Source: a virus. Taken from it: a DNA stretch of 64,000 nucleotides. Every line of letters begins with the position of its first letter. The first letter of the stretch is position 1. The DNA lies in the IMG/VR virus record IMGVR_UViG_3300037467_001806, positions 1-64,000 of that record; one strand, 5' to 3'. Positions 16,672 through 25,602 of the stretch are shown in pieces. A program made the translations under genes and the position numbers. The notes under the pieces were generated by a model. It did not search any database and was not told the origin of the DNA. It was given only the letters and a program-made list of their open reading frames with translations.

Positions 16672-19614
16672 TTACTGCTGTACCCCATCGACTTTGTCAG
16701 GTGCGGCATTTCCTGATTCATGGTTTTCTCCTACTCCGTTTTGCATAACAACCTTGTAGACGCGAACGGCATTCATCAAACCTTTGTCGCCCTTGCCTAC
16801 CTCCTTACTTTCGTTGGCCACCAGCGCGATACGACCACGAGTGTCTTCCAATGGCATGCCGGAATTTGCCATGGCACGCATGAAACCGTCGATTGACAGC
16901 TTCTGATTGCTGCTCAGGTACTCGTTGAACGGACCACGACACAGCATAGCGATCACAGCACCGTTTTTATACACGTCGACGCGCCCGAGTGCCACACCGT
17001 GCGGCTTGCTCTGCATGACCGGATCGGCGTCCGCGCCGCCAACGTGGCTGTACACATACATGGAGTTGATGTTCTGTTGCACGTAGGCCGACAGCACTTG
17101 CTGGTTTTCTTCGTACGCCTGCGGCGACGTTTGCCGTGAGCGCAGCGACTTCACCAACTCCACCAACCACACGCGCATGTCTTCCATGTCGAAGTTAATC
17201 AACCCAGCTTCCCTGGCCAGCAAGCCGCCAACATAAGCTGCCGTGACAGCACCGGACCAGAAACGCTCTTGGTTGGTCATGTTGGTGTCGGCGTCGATCT
17301 TGATCCGTTCTTCATTGAGCATCGCGCGCACCACGTTCACGCCCTTGGCCATGACATGCTTGATGAAGATTTCACCGGCATGGCCATAGTTGTGCTTGAT
17401 GACATTGAATACTCGGTCGGCTTCCTCCTTCTCCAATACGTTGCGGTTCTCTTCTTCAAAGTGCACTTCCAGCAGGCGCATCAGCACGCCTTCGCCACCG
17501 CTTTGCATGGACGTGATGCGATCCACGAAGCTGGTGTTGGCCGTAATCGTCACGGCCGTGGCCCAGTTGGTATGGTTCACGCGCAGACGGTTTGTCTGTG
17601 CCTCCATCCGATCCTTGCCCTGGCCAGACGTAATCTGGTACAGGAAGTCCTGCAAGTCTTCCACCGGCACCCGCGTCATTTCGTCGTAACCGGCTGGAAT
17701 GTTCTTGTAGCAGCCCAGGGTATGCAGCCGGCTGGCCGCCGTGTCCTTGTGGCTGCGCATGGCGTCCGGTGAGCCCCAAATCGTGGCCTGCGTCTCCAAC
17801 ACCGTCGTCTTGCCGTGGCCAGAGCGCTCGCCGTACAGATTCACCACCATGCCCTTCAAATCGAGCAGCGGAATCAAGGGGCCAGCAAATCCCATCAGCA
17901 CACCAAAGCGGTGCGGGGCCAGCCGCTTATCTCGTGCATAGACATTCACTGTGTCGCGCCACGCATCCAGACTGCCTTTGCGCGTAAAACGATCGCAGAT
18001 CGACAGCAGTTCGTCGGACGGCTGGCTGTACTCCACTGTAATGGCACCGCCAGGGTGCCGCTTGATTTCGCGCTCGCCGATGACAAACGAATCGAACTCT
18101 GCGTTCGTCCAGCCGAACTGATGCTTGACCGGCACAGACGGTTTCTGGTCGCGCAAAAACCGATGGTACTCACTGACATACTGCATCAGGTTGGCGAAGC
18201 CGGTGGCCACATGCGGCGGGCGCACGCCCTTCTCGGGCAGCAGCTTCTTGAGCGCTTCACCAAACAGACCGCCCAGCGGCAGCATGAACTGCTTGACGCC
18301 ATCGTGCTTGCCGGTGTTCACGCAAAGCTCGATCAGGTAGTTGTCTCCATCCTTCAAATTAGCCACGGCATAAAAATCTTCATGGCACAACAAGGTGTCT
18401 TCTCCCTCGTCCTTGCCTTGCTTATAGATGCCGCCATGCTTGCCGCGGAAATACCCGTGCGGCAGTGGCGGAATCACATACTGGCGCGGCGCTTCGTCCA
18501 CGTTCTTGTTCTGTGCGATGACGATGTTGTCTTCGCCGACCGCCTTCTGCGTGACCATACCCAGCGACACGGGCGAATTGATCTTCTTGGCGTGCTTGCA
18601 GCCCTTGCAGGTGTCCTTATTCTCGCCGGTCTGGAAATAGGCGCAGTTATGCGGCGCCGGGATTTCGTTGGCTTTCTTCTCCGTCTCCGACGGACTGTAG
18701 GACTCGTGCAGCTCCGATATATCGTGGATCGCCTTGTCGCGGTCCTGTGCCTTGGCGGCAAAGCCCAGCAGATCACGCCACTCCGGTTCGCTGGCATGCT
18801 CCCGGTTGTTCCACATCCGTTTGATCTGCGCGCAGCCGTTGCCTTCCAGGGACAGGCGCAAGAGCTTGCTGAACACCAGCACCTTGTTGGGGTCGTTGCC
18901 CGCCAACTTCTTTGTGGCGTCATCCTCACTTTGTAAATGAGAAATGTCCTGGCCGGCGAACAGTTGCGGCGGCATCGCATTCGGCATGCGCGCATAGGCC
19001 GCGTCCACGATATCGCACAGCTCATCCAGCCCATAGGTGGCGATAGGCGTCAGCATCTGCACCAAGCGCGGGTTGGCCGGGTCTTTGTGGTTGTGCGTGC
19101 CCGGCAGACGCAGCACGCGCACGATATCCGCCGTGGTGCTGTGGTCGGCCTTGAGTCCATGGTGGATGGTCAGCGCCTTGAAGCGCTCCTGCATCGCCTT
19201 GGCATCAGCCGGTACCAGCGCCTCGTCCATGAACCAATAGCAGTGCAGACCACCACCGGACGACACCACGGTGGGCCTGGGCAGGCCGACTGTCTTGCAA
19301 AACGCGCGCAGGCTGGCGCCAGCATCCTGCTGGGATGCGAACTTGTTTTCTTCCGGCCCTACATCCAGGTCAAGTTTGAACAGCTTGACGGCATGTGCAT
19401 TGGCAGCTTCACGACTGTTGGCGGTGGCGAGTGTAGCGGTGCAGAAATAGCAGTTGTGTCCCTCACGATCTTTTTGTGCGGCGTAATTCTCCGCTTGTTC
19501 GTATGCTCCAGCCGGAAAAAACTTATTCCACCGGCGGTCGCCCTTCTGCACGAAGACGCAAATCACTCCATCGCTGTCCAGTGCAGCGGACAGCAACTCC
19601 CTCGCCGTGGTCAT
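16672..19614 (-). CDS. bifunctional DNA primase-polymerase (AEP) / SF3 (D5/P4-like) helicase
   Basis: AEP motifs KLDLDVG, SGGGLHCYW and RLPGTHNHK; Cys cluster CKGCKH; Walker A LYGERSGHGKTT. 980 aa. Confidence 0.85.
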   Translation of the reverse strand: MTTARELLSAALDSDGVICVFVQKGDRRWNKFFPAGAYEQAENYAAQKDREGHNCYFCTATLATANSREAANAHAVKLFKLDLDVGPEENKFASQQDAGASLRAFCKTVGLPRPTVVSSGGGLHCYWFMDEALVPADAKAMQERFKALTIHHGLKADHSTTADIVRVLRLPGTHNHKDPANPRLVQMLTPIATYGLDELCDIVDAAYARMPNAMPPQLFAGQDISHLQSEDDATKKLAGNDPNKVLVFSKLLRLSLEGNGCAQIKRMWNNREHASEPEWRDLLGFAAKAQDRDKAIHDISELHESYSPSETEKKANEIPAPHNCAYFQTGENKDTCKGCKHAKKINSPVSLGMVTQKAVGEDNIVIAQNKNVDEAPRQYVIPPLPHGYFRGKHGGIYKQGKDEGEDTLLCHEDFYAVANLKDGDNYLIELCVNTGKHDGVKQFMLPLGGLFGEALKKLLPEKGVRPPHVATGFANLMQYVSEYHRFLRDQKPSVPVKHQFGWTNAEFDSFVIGEREIKRHPGGAITVEYSQPSDELLSICDRFTRKGSLDAWRDTVNVYARDKRLAPHRFGVLMGFAGPLIPLLDLKGMVVNLYGERSGHGKTTVLETQATIWGSPDAMRSHKDTAASRLHTLGCYKNIPAGYDEMTRVPVEDLQDFLYQITSGQGKDRMEAQTNRLRVNHTNWATAVTITANTSFVDRITSMQSGGEGVLMRLLEVHFEEENRNVLEKEEADRVFNVIKHNYGHAGEIFIKHVMAKGVNVVRAMLNEERIKIDADTNMTNQERFWSGAVTAAYVGGLLAREAGLINFDMEDMRVWLVELVKSLRSRQTSPQAYEENQQVLSAYVQQNINSMYVYSHVGGADADPVMQSKPHGVALGRVDVYKNGAVIAMLCRGPFNEYLSSNQKLSIDGFMRAMANSGMPLEDTRGRIALVANESKEVGKGDKGLMNAVRVYKVVMQNGVGENHESGNAAPDKVDGVQQ

Positions 19615-19620
19615 GGCGCA

Positions 19621-19896
19621 TTACCCCGCCTTGCGGGCTGCGATTTTCGCTTTCTTCGTTTCGAGCTTGGCGATGAATTTGTCAGCCTTCTTGAGCTTGT
19701 CTTCGTCGGGTTGGAATTCGCCGGTCAGCCAGCCATACACGGACTGGCGCGACACACTGAAATAGCTGGCCACTTGCGCAACAGAGGTATCGGTTTCGAC
19801 GCACAGCGCGCCGATCTTGGCGATCGGGTTCTTGGGGTCGCGCTTGCTCTTGTCGAGCAGTTCCTGCGCAAAGGCGTAATTAAAACCAGTCATCAT
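19621..19896 (-). CDS. HTH DNA-binding protein
   Basis: VAQVASYFSVSRQSVYGWLTG helix-turn-helix, with a basic C-terminal tail. SD GGAG. Confidence 0.6.
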   Translation of the reverse strand: MMTGFNYAFAQELLDKSKRDPKNPIAKIGALCVETDTSVAQVASYFSVSRQSVYGWLTGEFQPDEDKLKKADKFIAKLETKKAKIAARKAG

Positions 19897-20086
19897 TGCT
19901 CCGTTTTCGTATTCGGGTGGCGGGCTTTACACCCGCCAGTCCAGCGTGTTACAGCACGCTGGATAGGTTGATTTGAGAGGACTTCAACCGAGTCACCCGC
20001 GTTTGAGAGGCTGCGGGCCGGGCCGCGGCTATGCCAAGAACCAGAGCCGCGCTGCGCCACGTTTGCACCCCTTGGCTGGGCGTAGG

Positions 20087-20221
20087 TTAGAGCGGTGTGC
20101 AGAGCAACAAGAAGACAACAAACACCAGGATCACGGCCAGCGGCGTATCGCCCGATATAGCGGCAAAGAACGCGCCACATGCCATAGCCAAAGAAAGTAG
20201 CACCAGGAGTTCTGTGTCCAT
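20087..20221 (-). CDS. 44-aa two-TM hydrophobic peptide (below track cutoff)
   Basis: Hand translation gives MDTELLVLLSLAMACGAFFAAISGDTPLAVILVFVVFLLLCTPL. The ATG lies 2 nt after the upstream TGA (TGATGATG). Confidence 0.4.
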   Translation of the reverse strand: MDTELLVLLSLAMACGAFFAAISGDTPLAVILVFVVFLLLCTPL

Positions 20222-20223
20222 CA

Positions 20224-21357
20224 TCAGGCCGGGTCGTCCCACTCTTCCAAAATGGAAGCCACGCCAGCAGGCTGTGGCGCCGGGTCCGCGTGCTGCTTCA
20301 CCACCACAGGCTCAACTACCTGGGCCGCTGCAGCGGCGGCTGCGGCTTTGGCAGCGCGCTTGGCAGCCAGCTTGCGTTCCAGTTCGGCTTCTTCCTCGTC
20401 TTCTTCCGACAGGGGCGTTTGAGCCACGACTTGAGCGTATTCCTTGGACGACATGTCGCTGTATTTCTTTTCCTGCGGTGCCGCCTGCGCAGCGGCGGGC
20501 TGCTCAGCCTTGGGCTTGGCGCGGGTACGCTTGGGGGCTTCTTCAGCCTTTTGCTGTACGGCTGCAGCCTGCTCGGGCGTGGTCTTTTCGGCGAAGATGC
20601 CGGCAGCGTTCTCGGCCGTTTTCTTGGTGTCGGTCTGGAACACGGTGAAGCGGATGGCTTCTTGCGCTTCTTGCGACTGGCCTTGCTCCTTGGCGCGCTC
20701 GTATTCTTCTTGCGTCAGCGGGCGCACCGGCCGGAAGGTAACCTTCGGCGTGGAACTGTTGGTGTCGAAACGCATTTCGGTCACCACGGCGTTGATCGGC
20801 AGCTTGTTCTGCACCAGGAGCTTGGCATACGCCTGCAGCGGCATCTTGCCATCGGCCTCGGGCTTGCCGAAGATCGACTGGGCCGGCAGTTGAAGCTGAT
20901 ACACGCCGCCCTTGGGATCGTTTTCCAGGGCCACGGCCAGCCGGCGCGCGTATTTGCAGGCGCGGCTCTCGCCGTTGTTGCCGGAGCCGGCGATGTTCTG
21001 CGGGCAGGTGGCGCAGGATGCAGATTGCTTCTGGTCTTCCGGCACGTTGGCATCCGGCGTTTTGTCATCGCTCGACCAGCAGGTAGGCGGCACCGACTGG
21101 CCGTCTTCATACGGGCCGTCGTAGTAGTTGCGCGATACGTCCGGGCTGGACGCCACGACCACCACGTTCATGGCACGGTCTTCATTGCGGCTGATTTCTT
21201 CACCACCGTTCATCAAACGCCACACGCTGCCCCGGATGGAGATTCGCATGCCGCCGCCGTTGCCGGCCAGCTTCTTGGTCGTGTCGTCAAGCTCTACGTT
21301 TTTCAGGTAGTCGGGGATAGCGACATTACCTTGGGTGAAAAGGGTTACTGCAGTCAT
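20224..21357 (-). CDS. putative ssDNA-binding protein with Cys cluster and acidic C-terminal tail
   Basis: SD GAGGAA. CWSSDD..CATCPQN..ACKYARRLAV, an Ala/Glu/Lys-rich linker and the terminal ILEEWDDPA, which resembles an SSB acidic tip. Sits in the replication module. Confidence 0.5.
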   Translation of the reverse strand: MTAVTLFTQGNVAIPDYLKNVELDDTTKKLAGNGGGMRISIRGSVWRLMNGGEEISRNEDRAMNVVVVASSPDVSRNYYDGPYEDGQSVPPTCWSSDDKTPDANVPEDQKQSASCATCPQNIAGSGNNGESRACKYARRLAVALENDPKGGVYQLQLPAQSIFGKPEADGKMPLQAYAKLLVQNKLPINAVVTEMRFDTNSSTPKVTFRPVRPLTQEEYERAKEQGQSQEAQEAIRFTVFQTDTKKTAENAAGIFAEKTTPEQAAAVQQKAEEAPKRTRAKPKAEQPAAAQAAPQEKKYSDMSSKEYAQVVAQTPLSEEDEEEAELERKLAAKRAAKAAAAAAAAQVVEPVVVKQHADPAPQPAGVASILEEWDDPA

Positions 21358-21359
21358 TT

Positions 21360-21794
21360 TTATTCCTCGCCGGGCTTGGAAGATTTACGGGTTACCCGAA
21401 CGCCAAAGCGACGATCGGCTTGAAGACCGGGTGGCACTACCCCCGGATGCTGCTCAAGGAAAGCCTTGGTGTTTTTCTGTGCCAAGCGATGCTCGTACAG
21501 GTCCAGGCTCCCTTCGTTCAAGTGCTCAACAACAAAGGACTTGAAATTGTCCCAGTCGCTGCACCAGAAATGTTCTTTGGTAATACGGGTGACACTGCCG
21601 TAATCGTTGGACATCGAGTTGTTGTCACCGAGCAGCGCCAGCAACTGGCCTTCGATGACTTTCATTTGTTCGTCGATGTGCTTGACCTTGGCTTCCGCCT
21701 CGGCATTGATTTCGGCTTTCTTGTCTCTCATCCGGATGTACACCTTGGTGAGAAACTTGGGGTCGTTAAAGCGACCGTCAGTTTGATCGGCCAT
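21360..21794 (-). CDS. hypothetical protein with N-terminal coiled coil
   Basis: ATG preceded by a leader element copy. 144 aa. First gene downstream of promoter P1. Confidence 0.7.
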   Translation of the reverse strand: MADQTDGRFNDPKFLTKVYIRMRDKKAEINAEAEAKVKHIDEQMKVIEGQLLALLGDNNSMSNDYGSVTRITKEHFWCSDWDNFKSFVVEHLNEGSLDLYEHRLAQKNTKAFLEQHPGVVPPGLQADRRFGVRVTRKSSKPGEE

Positions 21795-21798
21795 GCAA

Positions 21799-21817
21799 TC
21801 CTCACGTTAAAAGTTAG
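21799..21817 (-). repeat. conserved leader element copy L1
   Basis: Minus strand reads CTAACTTTTAACGTGAGGA, followed by TTGC-ATG. Confidence 0.7.
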
Positions 21818-21821
21818 GAAC

Positions 21822-21901
21822 GAGGTGGCTGGACTCGAACCAGAAACGGGTGCCGATCCTTTGGCACCCCCGAGCATACCCAGTGCTCAGTGCCCCACCC
21901 C
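21822..21901 (-). ncRNA. tRNA-like element (non-canonical; possible pseudo-tRNA or 5' leader structure)
   Basis: Minus strand has a 7-bp acceptor-like pairing GGGGTGG/CCACCTC, a D-arm-like GAGC-ACTGGGTAT-GCTC and the T-arm consensus GGTTCGAGTCC. The central stem is 7 bp with an 8-nt loop and there are extra nucleotides, so no canonical cloverleaf forms. Confidence 0.3.
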
Positions 21902-21909
21902 GAATTCTT

Positions 21910-21937
21910 ATTATACGCTGTTTCTTTACGTTGTCAA
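21910..21937 (-). promoter_or_regulatory. sigma70-type promoter P1
   Basis: Minus strand reads CTTGACAACGTAAAG..; TTGACA-16 nt-TATAAT. The predicted start falls about at the first base of the tRNA-like element. Confidence 0.65.
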
Positions 21938-23476
21938 GCCAACTTCGTCTTTGAACAGTTTCAACAACTCGTCCTGGGCCACAGCGCGCTTCCCCAGCAT
22001 GTGGTACACCCGCTTCTCGACCGGGCTGCCGCACAAGCTGACAATTGTCATGTCATGCACCTGTCCGGGCCGGTCCATACGCGCATTGGCTTGGTTCCAG
22101 ATTTCGAGCGAACTGACCGGCGTGAACCAGATCGTAGTCGACGCGCGTGTCAGTGTCAAGCCGTGTGCAGCAGTACGCGGTTGCATAATCAGCACCTTCA
22201 GAATATCGCTCTGCTGGAACAAGTTAATCATCAACTTGCGTTGGTCTTTTGACGTGTCGCCGTCAATGATGGCGCACTCGACACCATGCTTCTCCAAGAA
22301 CGCAGCGATCATCTTGATGCTGGCCTTGAAAGGTGCGAACACCAGCACCTTCTCGTCGCACTCGTGAATCACCGACAGCATTTCGTTCAGGCGCGAGGTC
22401 GCACGAAAGTCGATGACTTTGCCATCATCGCTATACACCGTACCGGCTGCGATCTGCAGCAGCTTGGACAACAGAACCCCTGCATTGGCCGCGGTGATTT
22501 TTTCGCCAGCCGCATACATGAGCATCTGCTTCTTCATGTCGTCGTAGTACTTCTTCTGCGTGGCGTCCATCGGCACTTCACGCATCTGATAAGTCAGCGG
22601 CGGCAGCTCGATACAGTCCTTCTTGGCGAAGCGAATCGCCGGTTGCAGCACAGAGAACACCTGCTGCTGAGCGTCGGGTTTGGGAACATAGGTGAAGTTG
22701 CTGATCTTGTGCATCACCTTGTCACGCCAGCCTGAAAAATACTTAGGCACGCGATCAGGGCACACCATCTTGGCCAAGCCGTAGGCTTGAAGCGGCGAGT
22801 TAGCCGCAGGCGTGCCGGTCAAGAGCCACAAGTTGGTGTTGGGCTTGATGAGGGATTGCAGCGCCTTGGAGCGGTCGGTGGTGGCGTTGCAGAACGCGCT
22901 GGCTTCGTCAACGATGATGAGGTCGAATTCGGCCCTGGCCAGCTCGATGCGTGAAGACTTCACGCAGTCGTGGTTGGCGATCACGAAGTCGGTGTTGGAT
23001 TCGATCAGCTTCTTGCGACGGGATGGGTCGCCTGTGGCCACGCACGCGGTGCGGTGGATGACAGTCTTATACAGGTCAGCCATCCAGGCAGTGTCAAGGA
23101 TGGACAGTGGCGCCAGGATCAGCGCTCGCCTAACCAGTTCCTGCTGCATGAGATAGTCGGCGGCCCACAGCACCGCACGGGTCTTGGCCGTGCCCATTTC
23201 GGACAGATTGAAACAGCGTTGGTGCAGCGTCATGAACTCCGCCATGGCGCGCTGGTGGGCCATGGGCGGCTCGCCGGGGAAGTGCGGGTAGTTGTATTTT
23301 TGGATGGGTGAGGGGACGCCCTTGAAACCCAGCTTGGTCAGCGTGCGTGCCGTGGCGATGTCCCACTTGCACAGCACTGTGCTGTCATCCACCGCCTTGG
23401 ATTTGCTGATGACAGAGGTCACCATGCCAGGGTTGCGCAGCTTGAGCAGCAACCCACGGTTGTCAACGATCTGCAC
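21926..23476 (-). CDS. SNF2/DEAD-like family helicase
   Basis: GTAKTRAVLWAA, ILAPLSILDTAW, the DEASAF (DEAH-type) box, and a C-terminal helicase domain (QPRTAAHGLTLT..). The start is GTG. Confidence 0.85.
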   Translation of the reverse strand: MQIVDNRGLLLKLRNPGMVTSVISKSKAVDDSTVLCKWDIATARTLTKLGFKGVPSPIQKYNYPHFPGEPPMAHQRAMAEFMTLHQRCFNLSEMGTAKTRAVLWAADYLMQQELVRRALILAPLSILDTAWMADLYKTVIHRTACVATGDPSRRKKLIESNTDFVIANHDCVKSSRIELARAEFDLIIVDEASAFCNATTDRSKALQSLIKPNTNLWLLTGTPAANSPLQAYGLAKMVCPDRVPKYFSGWRDKVMHKISNFTYVPKPDAQQQVFSVLQPAIRFAKKDCIELPPLTYQMREVPMDATQKKYYDDMKKQMLMYAAGEKITAANAGVLLSKLLQIAAGTVYSDDGKVIDFRATSRLNEMLSVIHECDEKVLVFAPFKASIKMIAAFLEKHGVECAIIDGDTSKDQRKLMINLFQQSDILKVLIMQPRTAAHGLTLTRASTTIWFTPVSSLEIWNQANARMDRPGQVHDMTIVSLCGSPVEKRVYHMLGKRAVAQDELLKLFKDEVGLTT

Positions 23477-23603
23477 GCGTTACCTCGAAGTATTTGAGTA
23501 CGCGTCTGATCGCGCGCATGGTGGTGCGCTTGTTCAGGTACTTGCGGTGTGGGACGCCTTTGCGCACGGTCGTCATCGCCCACCCGCGCCGCTGGCGTGT
23601 CAT
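23463..23603 (-). CDS. 46-aa highly basic peptide (below track cutoff)
   Basis: Hand translation gives MTRQRRGWAMTTVRKGVPHRKYLNKRTTMRAIRRVLKYFEVTRADR. ATGA coupling to the upstream gene; overlaps the SNF2 start by 14 nt. Confidence 0.4.
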   Translation of the reverse strand: MTRQRRGWAMTTVRKGVPHRKYLNKRTTMRAIRRVLKYFEVTRADR

Positions 23604-23857
23604 TTGATCGGTTTGTGATTGCTCTTGCGCTTGTAGGACAGGTTGGCGTGGGGCTCGACGACTTTGATGTTGCTCTTGGTGGTCTTGCCGCCGTTGGCCA
23701 GGGCTTTCACGTGTGCGACGTCTTTGCCCTTGCGGTCGATGCCTTCTGCATCAATCAGCTTGCGCGCTTCGTAGCGGTCGTGCCGGCGCTTCTTTTCGTA
23801 CGGCCGGTCAAGCTGCTGTTGATATTCTTTTTTGTAGTCGCGTACTTTCGGTGGCAT
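23600..23857 (-). CDS. small basic protein (weak HNH-like resemblance)
   Basis: Leader copy L2 sits immediately upstream. GKDVAHVKALANGGKTTKSNIKVVEPHAN is reminiscent of a minimal HNH motif. Confidence 0.6.
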   Translation of the reverse strand: MPPKVRDYKKEYQQQLDRPYEKKRRHDRYEARKLIDAEGIDRKGKDVAHVKALANGGKTTKSNIKVVEPHANLSYKRKSNHKPIK

Positions 23858-23861
23858 GAAG

Positions 23862-23879
23862 TCCTCACTTCAAAGTTAG
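23862..23879 (-). repeat. conserved leader element copy L2
   Basis: Minus strand reads CTAACTTTGAAGTGAGGA, followed by CTTC-ATG. Confidence 0.7.
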
Positions 23880-23957
23880 AAATGCCCCCGGCCTATATTC
23901 ACGCAGCGGGCCGGGTCAGGAGTTGGTCGTGCAGTTGCCGTTACCTGATGACGCTGT

Positions 23958-24083
23958 CTAGCAAACCAAGGGCGCCACGGGCCACGCCATCCACTTGACC
24001 ATCCACATGAGTGCCCACGAACCGATAATCAGGTAAGCGATCAAGCCCAGCGTCGTCAACGCGCCAAGGATCAAGTTTTTCAT
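23958..24083 (-). CDS. 41-aa hydrophobic membrane peptide (below track cutoff)
   Basis: Hand translation gives MKNLILGALTTLGLIAYLIIGSWALMWMVKWMAWPVAPLVC. ATGA overlap with the nuclease stop. Confidence 0.45.
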   Translation of the reverse strand: MKNLILGALTTLGLIAYLIIGSWALMWMVKWMAWPVAPLVC

Positions 24084-24754
24084 GCGTTCGTTTTCCCGTT
24101 GTGTTCGCAGCTCAGTACATCACACCATTTCTTGCACAGCCCGCTGGGGTTCGGCCCGAAGTTGTTGCGCTTTTTCGCTTCTTTGATGCGCTCGACTTCA
24201 TACATCCACCGCAACCACATCGCCTTCTCGTCTTTGCGCCAGAACGTCGCTGGTACGACACGATCAAGCATGAGGAACACCAGCCCGGTGGACACGACTT
24301 CAACCTCCGGATGCAGCTTGAAGATCATCAGCGCCATCAGTTCGTTCTGCTTGACTTCGGCGTACTTGAGGTTGCCCCCAGTCTTCCAGTCCAAGCAGCG
24401 CGCCTTGGCACCGTCAATCGTCATGAAGTCGGCCTTGCCACGGACAAAGTATTCCGGGCTGTAATAATCGCACGGTTGCATGTTGGAATCAAGAGCCATT
24501 TTCCGCTCGGCATACTTGACACCCGGCCAGCGCAGGACGGGCTCGATCTGCGGGATGAACTGCTTGAACTTGTCAGGTATAGGCGTCTGTTTTTTAATGA
24601 GATTTTCGATCGCCTCGTGCACCGCGTCACCAAATTTGGCTTCTTCGGACTGGACGTAGGGGATGTCTTTCAGTACATATTTATGCAGGTACTGACGCGG
24701 GCAGGTTTGGAAAGCTTTGACCTGGGAAAAGGTCCATTGAATTTCAGCGGGCAT
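24080..24754 (-). CDS. PD-(D/E)XK nuclease, Cas4/RecB-like with C-terminal Cys cluster
   Basis: ATG at 24754 after GGAGGACAACCCTC. QTCPRQYLHKY near the N-terminus, GKADFMTID..LDWKTG core, and C-terminal CKKWCDVLSCEH. Confidence 0.75.
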   Translation of the reverse strand: MPAEIQWTFSQVKAFQTCPRQYLHKYVLKDIPYVQSEEAKFGDAVHEAIENLIKKQTPIPDKFKQFIPQIEPVLRWPGVKYAERKMALDSNMQPCDYYSPEYFVRGKADFMTIDGAKARCLDWKTGGNLKYAEVKQNELMALMIFKLHPEVEVVSTGLVFLMLDRVVPATFWRKDEKAMWLRWMYEVERIKEAKKRNNFGPNPSGLCKKWCDVLSCEHNGKTNA

Positions 24755-24938
24755 GAGGGTTGTCCTCCAGCAAGCCAAGCACGAGGTTTCCGCCGCGGCC
24801 CATGGCCGTATTCACGCGCATGGCTGCCTTCGACAAGGCGTAAGCAGCGCCCATCAGGTAGATGCGGTACACCTCGGCACGTTCTTCTTCTGGATAGGTG
24901 TCTGCGTATGCCTGTGCAGCTTCTTCGATTTCACTCAT
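24744..24938 (-). CDS. hypothetical protein
   Basis: Internal ATG (MSEIEEAAQ..) after GGAAGGATAAAGTTG. 8-nt overlap with the upstream gene. Confidence 0.55.
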   Translation of the reverse strand: MSEIEEAAQAYADTYPEEERAEVYRIYLMGAAYALSKAAMRVNTAMGRGGNLVLGLLEDNPHAR

Positions 24939-25170
24939 CAACTTTATCCTTCCAGTAGTCACCCCACGGCCAACGCGGGCCGTCAGCGTCCGGCTCGGAT
25001 CGGGTCACGGCAGCCGAGCGAAGCATCAGCCAGTTGTAGATCGGGTAGGTAGCCTTGCCATAGAAATTCATCCACCAGCCATTCCATTTACCCCAGTCAG
25101 TTGGCTTGTTGATGTAATGACCTGCGTAGAACAGCACCCACGCCAACCAACGGCTCAATTCTGTTTTCAT
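24931..25170 (-). CDS. Trp-rich small protein, probably membrane-associated
   Basis: SD GGAG. LSRWLAWVLFYAGHY hydrophobic segment and many W residues. Confidence 0.6.
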   Translation of the reverse strand: MKTELSRWLAWVLFYAGHYINKPTDWGKWNGWWMNFYGKATYPIYNWLMLRSAAVTRSEPDADGPRWPWGDYWKDKVDE

Positions 25171-25370
25171 TCGTAGTCTCCATGCTTCTTGCCGCAGTAA
25201 TGTTCACCTACATCGTCTGTGGTGCGACCGCACGACAAACACACAGGCGTCGTCGCTTCATGCTTGATGGCGTTATCCTGCGCCCGGCGTTCCCCCTTCC
25301 AGAACACGCGCTTGTAATCCTTCAGGTGCTTCCACCATTGCGGTGAACCTGTGAGGGTTCCCTTCTTCAC
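25167..25370 (-). CDS. small Cys-containing protein (GTG start inferred)
   Basis: The upstream gene stops at 25372. A GTG at 25370 after GGTGG gives VKKGTLTGSPQWWKHL..CLSCGRTTDDVGEHYCGKKH. Confidence 0.45.
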   Translation of the reverse strand: MKKGTLTGSPQWWKHLKDYKRVFWKGERRAQDNAIKHEATTPVCLSCGRTTDDVGEHYCGKKHGDYE

Positions 25371-25371
25371 G

Positions 25372-25602
25372 TTAGCCACCTTTTGTCCTCCACTTCTCGT
25401 CAATGAAGTAGACCACGCGGTCACCCTGTTCGGCCCGCTCACCTAAGCCAATTATTAAGCAACAACCATTCACGTCGGCTCCAGCATCCAGTATTCGTAC
25501 ACAGTCGGCATATATTTCAGGCACCCCGTTCAAGGGGTCAGACATAATGCTGTATATGTCTGTGCGCAGCACAGAATTAGGGTAGACATAAATTTTCTTC
25601 AT
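25372..25602 (-). CDS. small protein, member of the L-x-A-[AG]...G-x-G paralogue family
   Basis: KIYVYP.. then CVRILDAGADVNGCCLIIGLGE. ATGA coupling. Confidence 0.6.
   Translation of the reverse strand: MKKIYVYPNSVLRTDIYSIMSDPLNGVPEIYADCVRILDAGADVNGCCLIIGLGERAEQGDRVVYFIDEKWRTKGG

Noticed and set aside
19893-20200. Track ORFs 19893-20180(-), 19973-20200(+) and 20097-20648(+)
   Set aside because: The region is better explained by two hairpins plus a coupled 44-aa membrane peptide. The listed ORFs have Arg/Pro/Gly-rich junk translations.
21822-21901. A bona fide tRNA gene
   Set aside because: The acceptor and T-arm fit. However, spacing after the acceptor stem, the 7-bp stem with 8-nt central loop without U33, and a mismatched T-stem pair prevent a canonical cloverleaf. 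Kept only as a tRNA-like element.
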